64,000 nucleotides of DNA from the NCBI GenBank assembly GCA_902627635.1, contig CACOKA010000001.1, forward strand, positions 34,778-98,777. Direction: 5' to 3'. Under the pieces are notes generated by a model, which saw nothing but the letters and a program-made list of their open reading frames with translations, was not told where the DNA came from and did not search any database. This stretch comes from an uncultured Candidatus Actinomarina sp. GTDB lineage: Bacteria > Actinomycetota > Acidimicrobiia > Actinomarinales > Actinomarinaceae. The position numbers and the translations under genes are program-made. How positions within the stretch are numbered: position 1 is the first letter of the stretch; each line of letters starts with the position of its first letter. Shown piece by piece: positions 63,254 to 64,000 of this stretch.

Positions 63254-64000
63254 GTGTTAATTTTACAAAGACCTGAAATATCACAAGAGGATCTTGGAAA
63301 GTCAAGAGCAAATTTTGTTATTGAACCACTCGAACCAGGTTTTGGTTTAACCCTAGGTAATACTATGAGAAGGGCTTTATTATCAAGAGTCCCAGGTGTT
63401 GCTGTAACTGGAGTAAAAATTGATGGAGTGAACCATGAATTTACATCTGTTCCAGGTGTTGTTGAAGATGTCCTTGATATCTTACTGAACCTAAAAAGAT
63501 TAGTCTTGAAGGTAGACGATCAAGAAAGCCATACATTGACAGTAAAAGCTAAAGGCCCAGGAGAGGTGAAAGCTGCACAAATTCAATGTCCAGCTGGTGT
63601 TGAAGTTGTAAACACAGATCTAAAAATTTGTACCCTTTCAAACGATTCAACATTAGATATGGAAGTTTCTATAGCTCATGGAGTTGGGTATCGCTTAGCT
63701 GATAAAAATAAAACAAGTGATTCAAGTTTTATTCCAATAGATTCTATATTTTCACCAGTTGTAAAAGTAAGCTACGCTGTATCACCAACCCAAGTTGGTC
63801 AAGTTACCAACTATGATAAATTGAGCTTAGATGTTGAAACTGATGGCTCAATTGAACCTAGTGAAGCAATTTCTTCCGTCGGTAAAACTTTAGGTGAATT
63901 GTGGAAACTGTTTGCAGATATTGATGAAGGGGTTGGACTTGAATTAGGTGAACTTACCATTTCAGAGGGAAGCTCACCAGACTTGTCATTGTCAGTAGAT
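63254..64000 (+). CDS. rpoA: DNA-directed RNA polymerase subunit alpha, N-terminal part (3' end outside window)
   Basis: Not in the track. GTG start after a GGAGAGGAG SD. The open frame reaches the window end and translates to VLILQRPEISQEDLGKSRANFVIEPLEPGFGLTLGNTMRRALLSRVPGVAVTGVKIDGVNHEF..., the alpha-NTD. Confidence 0.9.
   Translation, partial: MLILQRPEISQEDLGKSRANFVIEPLEPGFGLTLGNTMRRALLSRVPGVAVTGVKIDGVNHEFTSVPGVVEDVLDILLNLKRLVLKVDDQESHTLTVKAKGPGEVKAAQIQCPAGVEVVNTDLKICTLSNDSTLDMEVSIAHGVGYRLADKNKTSDSSFIPIDSIFSPVVKVSYAVSPTQVGQVTNYDKLSLDVETDGSIEPSEAISSVGKTLGELWKLFADIDEGVGLELGELTISEGSSPDLSLSVD

Noticed and set aside
1-64000. CRISPR arrays, rRNA genes, transposases, toxin-antitoxin or restriction-modification genes
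   Set aside because: No regularly spaced direct repeats and no such protein signatures were seen on either strand. The window is almost entirely core metabolism and the translation apparatus.

Overview
Low-GC, highly compact bacterial chromosome segment with tight gene packing (many ATGA/4-nt start-stop overlaps). Gene order and protein features point to a streamlined actinobacterium of the freshwater acI / marine 'Actinomarina' type: tRNA-Tyr/Thr/Met-rpmG-(ECF sigma/anti-sigma)-tRNA-Trp-secE-nusG-rplKA-rplJL-rpoBC-rpsLG-fusA-tuf-S10-spc-alpha, long non-zinc S14, S3 and SecE extensions, a DtxR/IdeR regulator, and a heliorhodopsin. Content left to right: (1) 3' half of a complex I operon, nuoH(partial)-I-J-K-L-M-N. 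(2) An ABC-2 exporter pair and several small hypothetical, lipoprotein and membrane genes, plus tdk and ybaN. (3) An iron-related cluster: dtxR/ideR-like repressor, ferrochelatase, and an Fe3+-type ABC importer (SBP-permease-ATPase). (4) A heliorhodopsin gene flanked by a small coiled-coil ORF and an alkaline-phosphatase-family enzyme. (5) A complete second complex-I-like operon with only 11 genes (nuoA-B-C-D-H-I-J-K-L-M-N). It has no nuoE/F/G NADH-dehydrogenase module. An NDUFAF7/MidA-like methyltransferase gene follows it directly. (6) htpX, a rhodanese, a PfkB kinase and a membrane protein. (7) A tRNA cluster and the near-complete ribosomal-protein/RNA polymerase/translation-factor superoperon region, running off the window end inside rpoA. 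Three genes missing from the ORF track were found by eye: rpmG, rpmJ and the 5' part of rpoA. rplA carries an apparent frameshift near its 3' end. I found no CRISPR arrays, rRNA genes, transposases or integrases.
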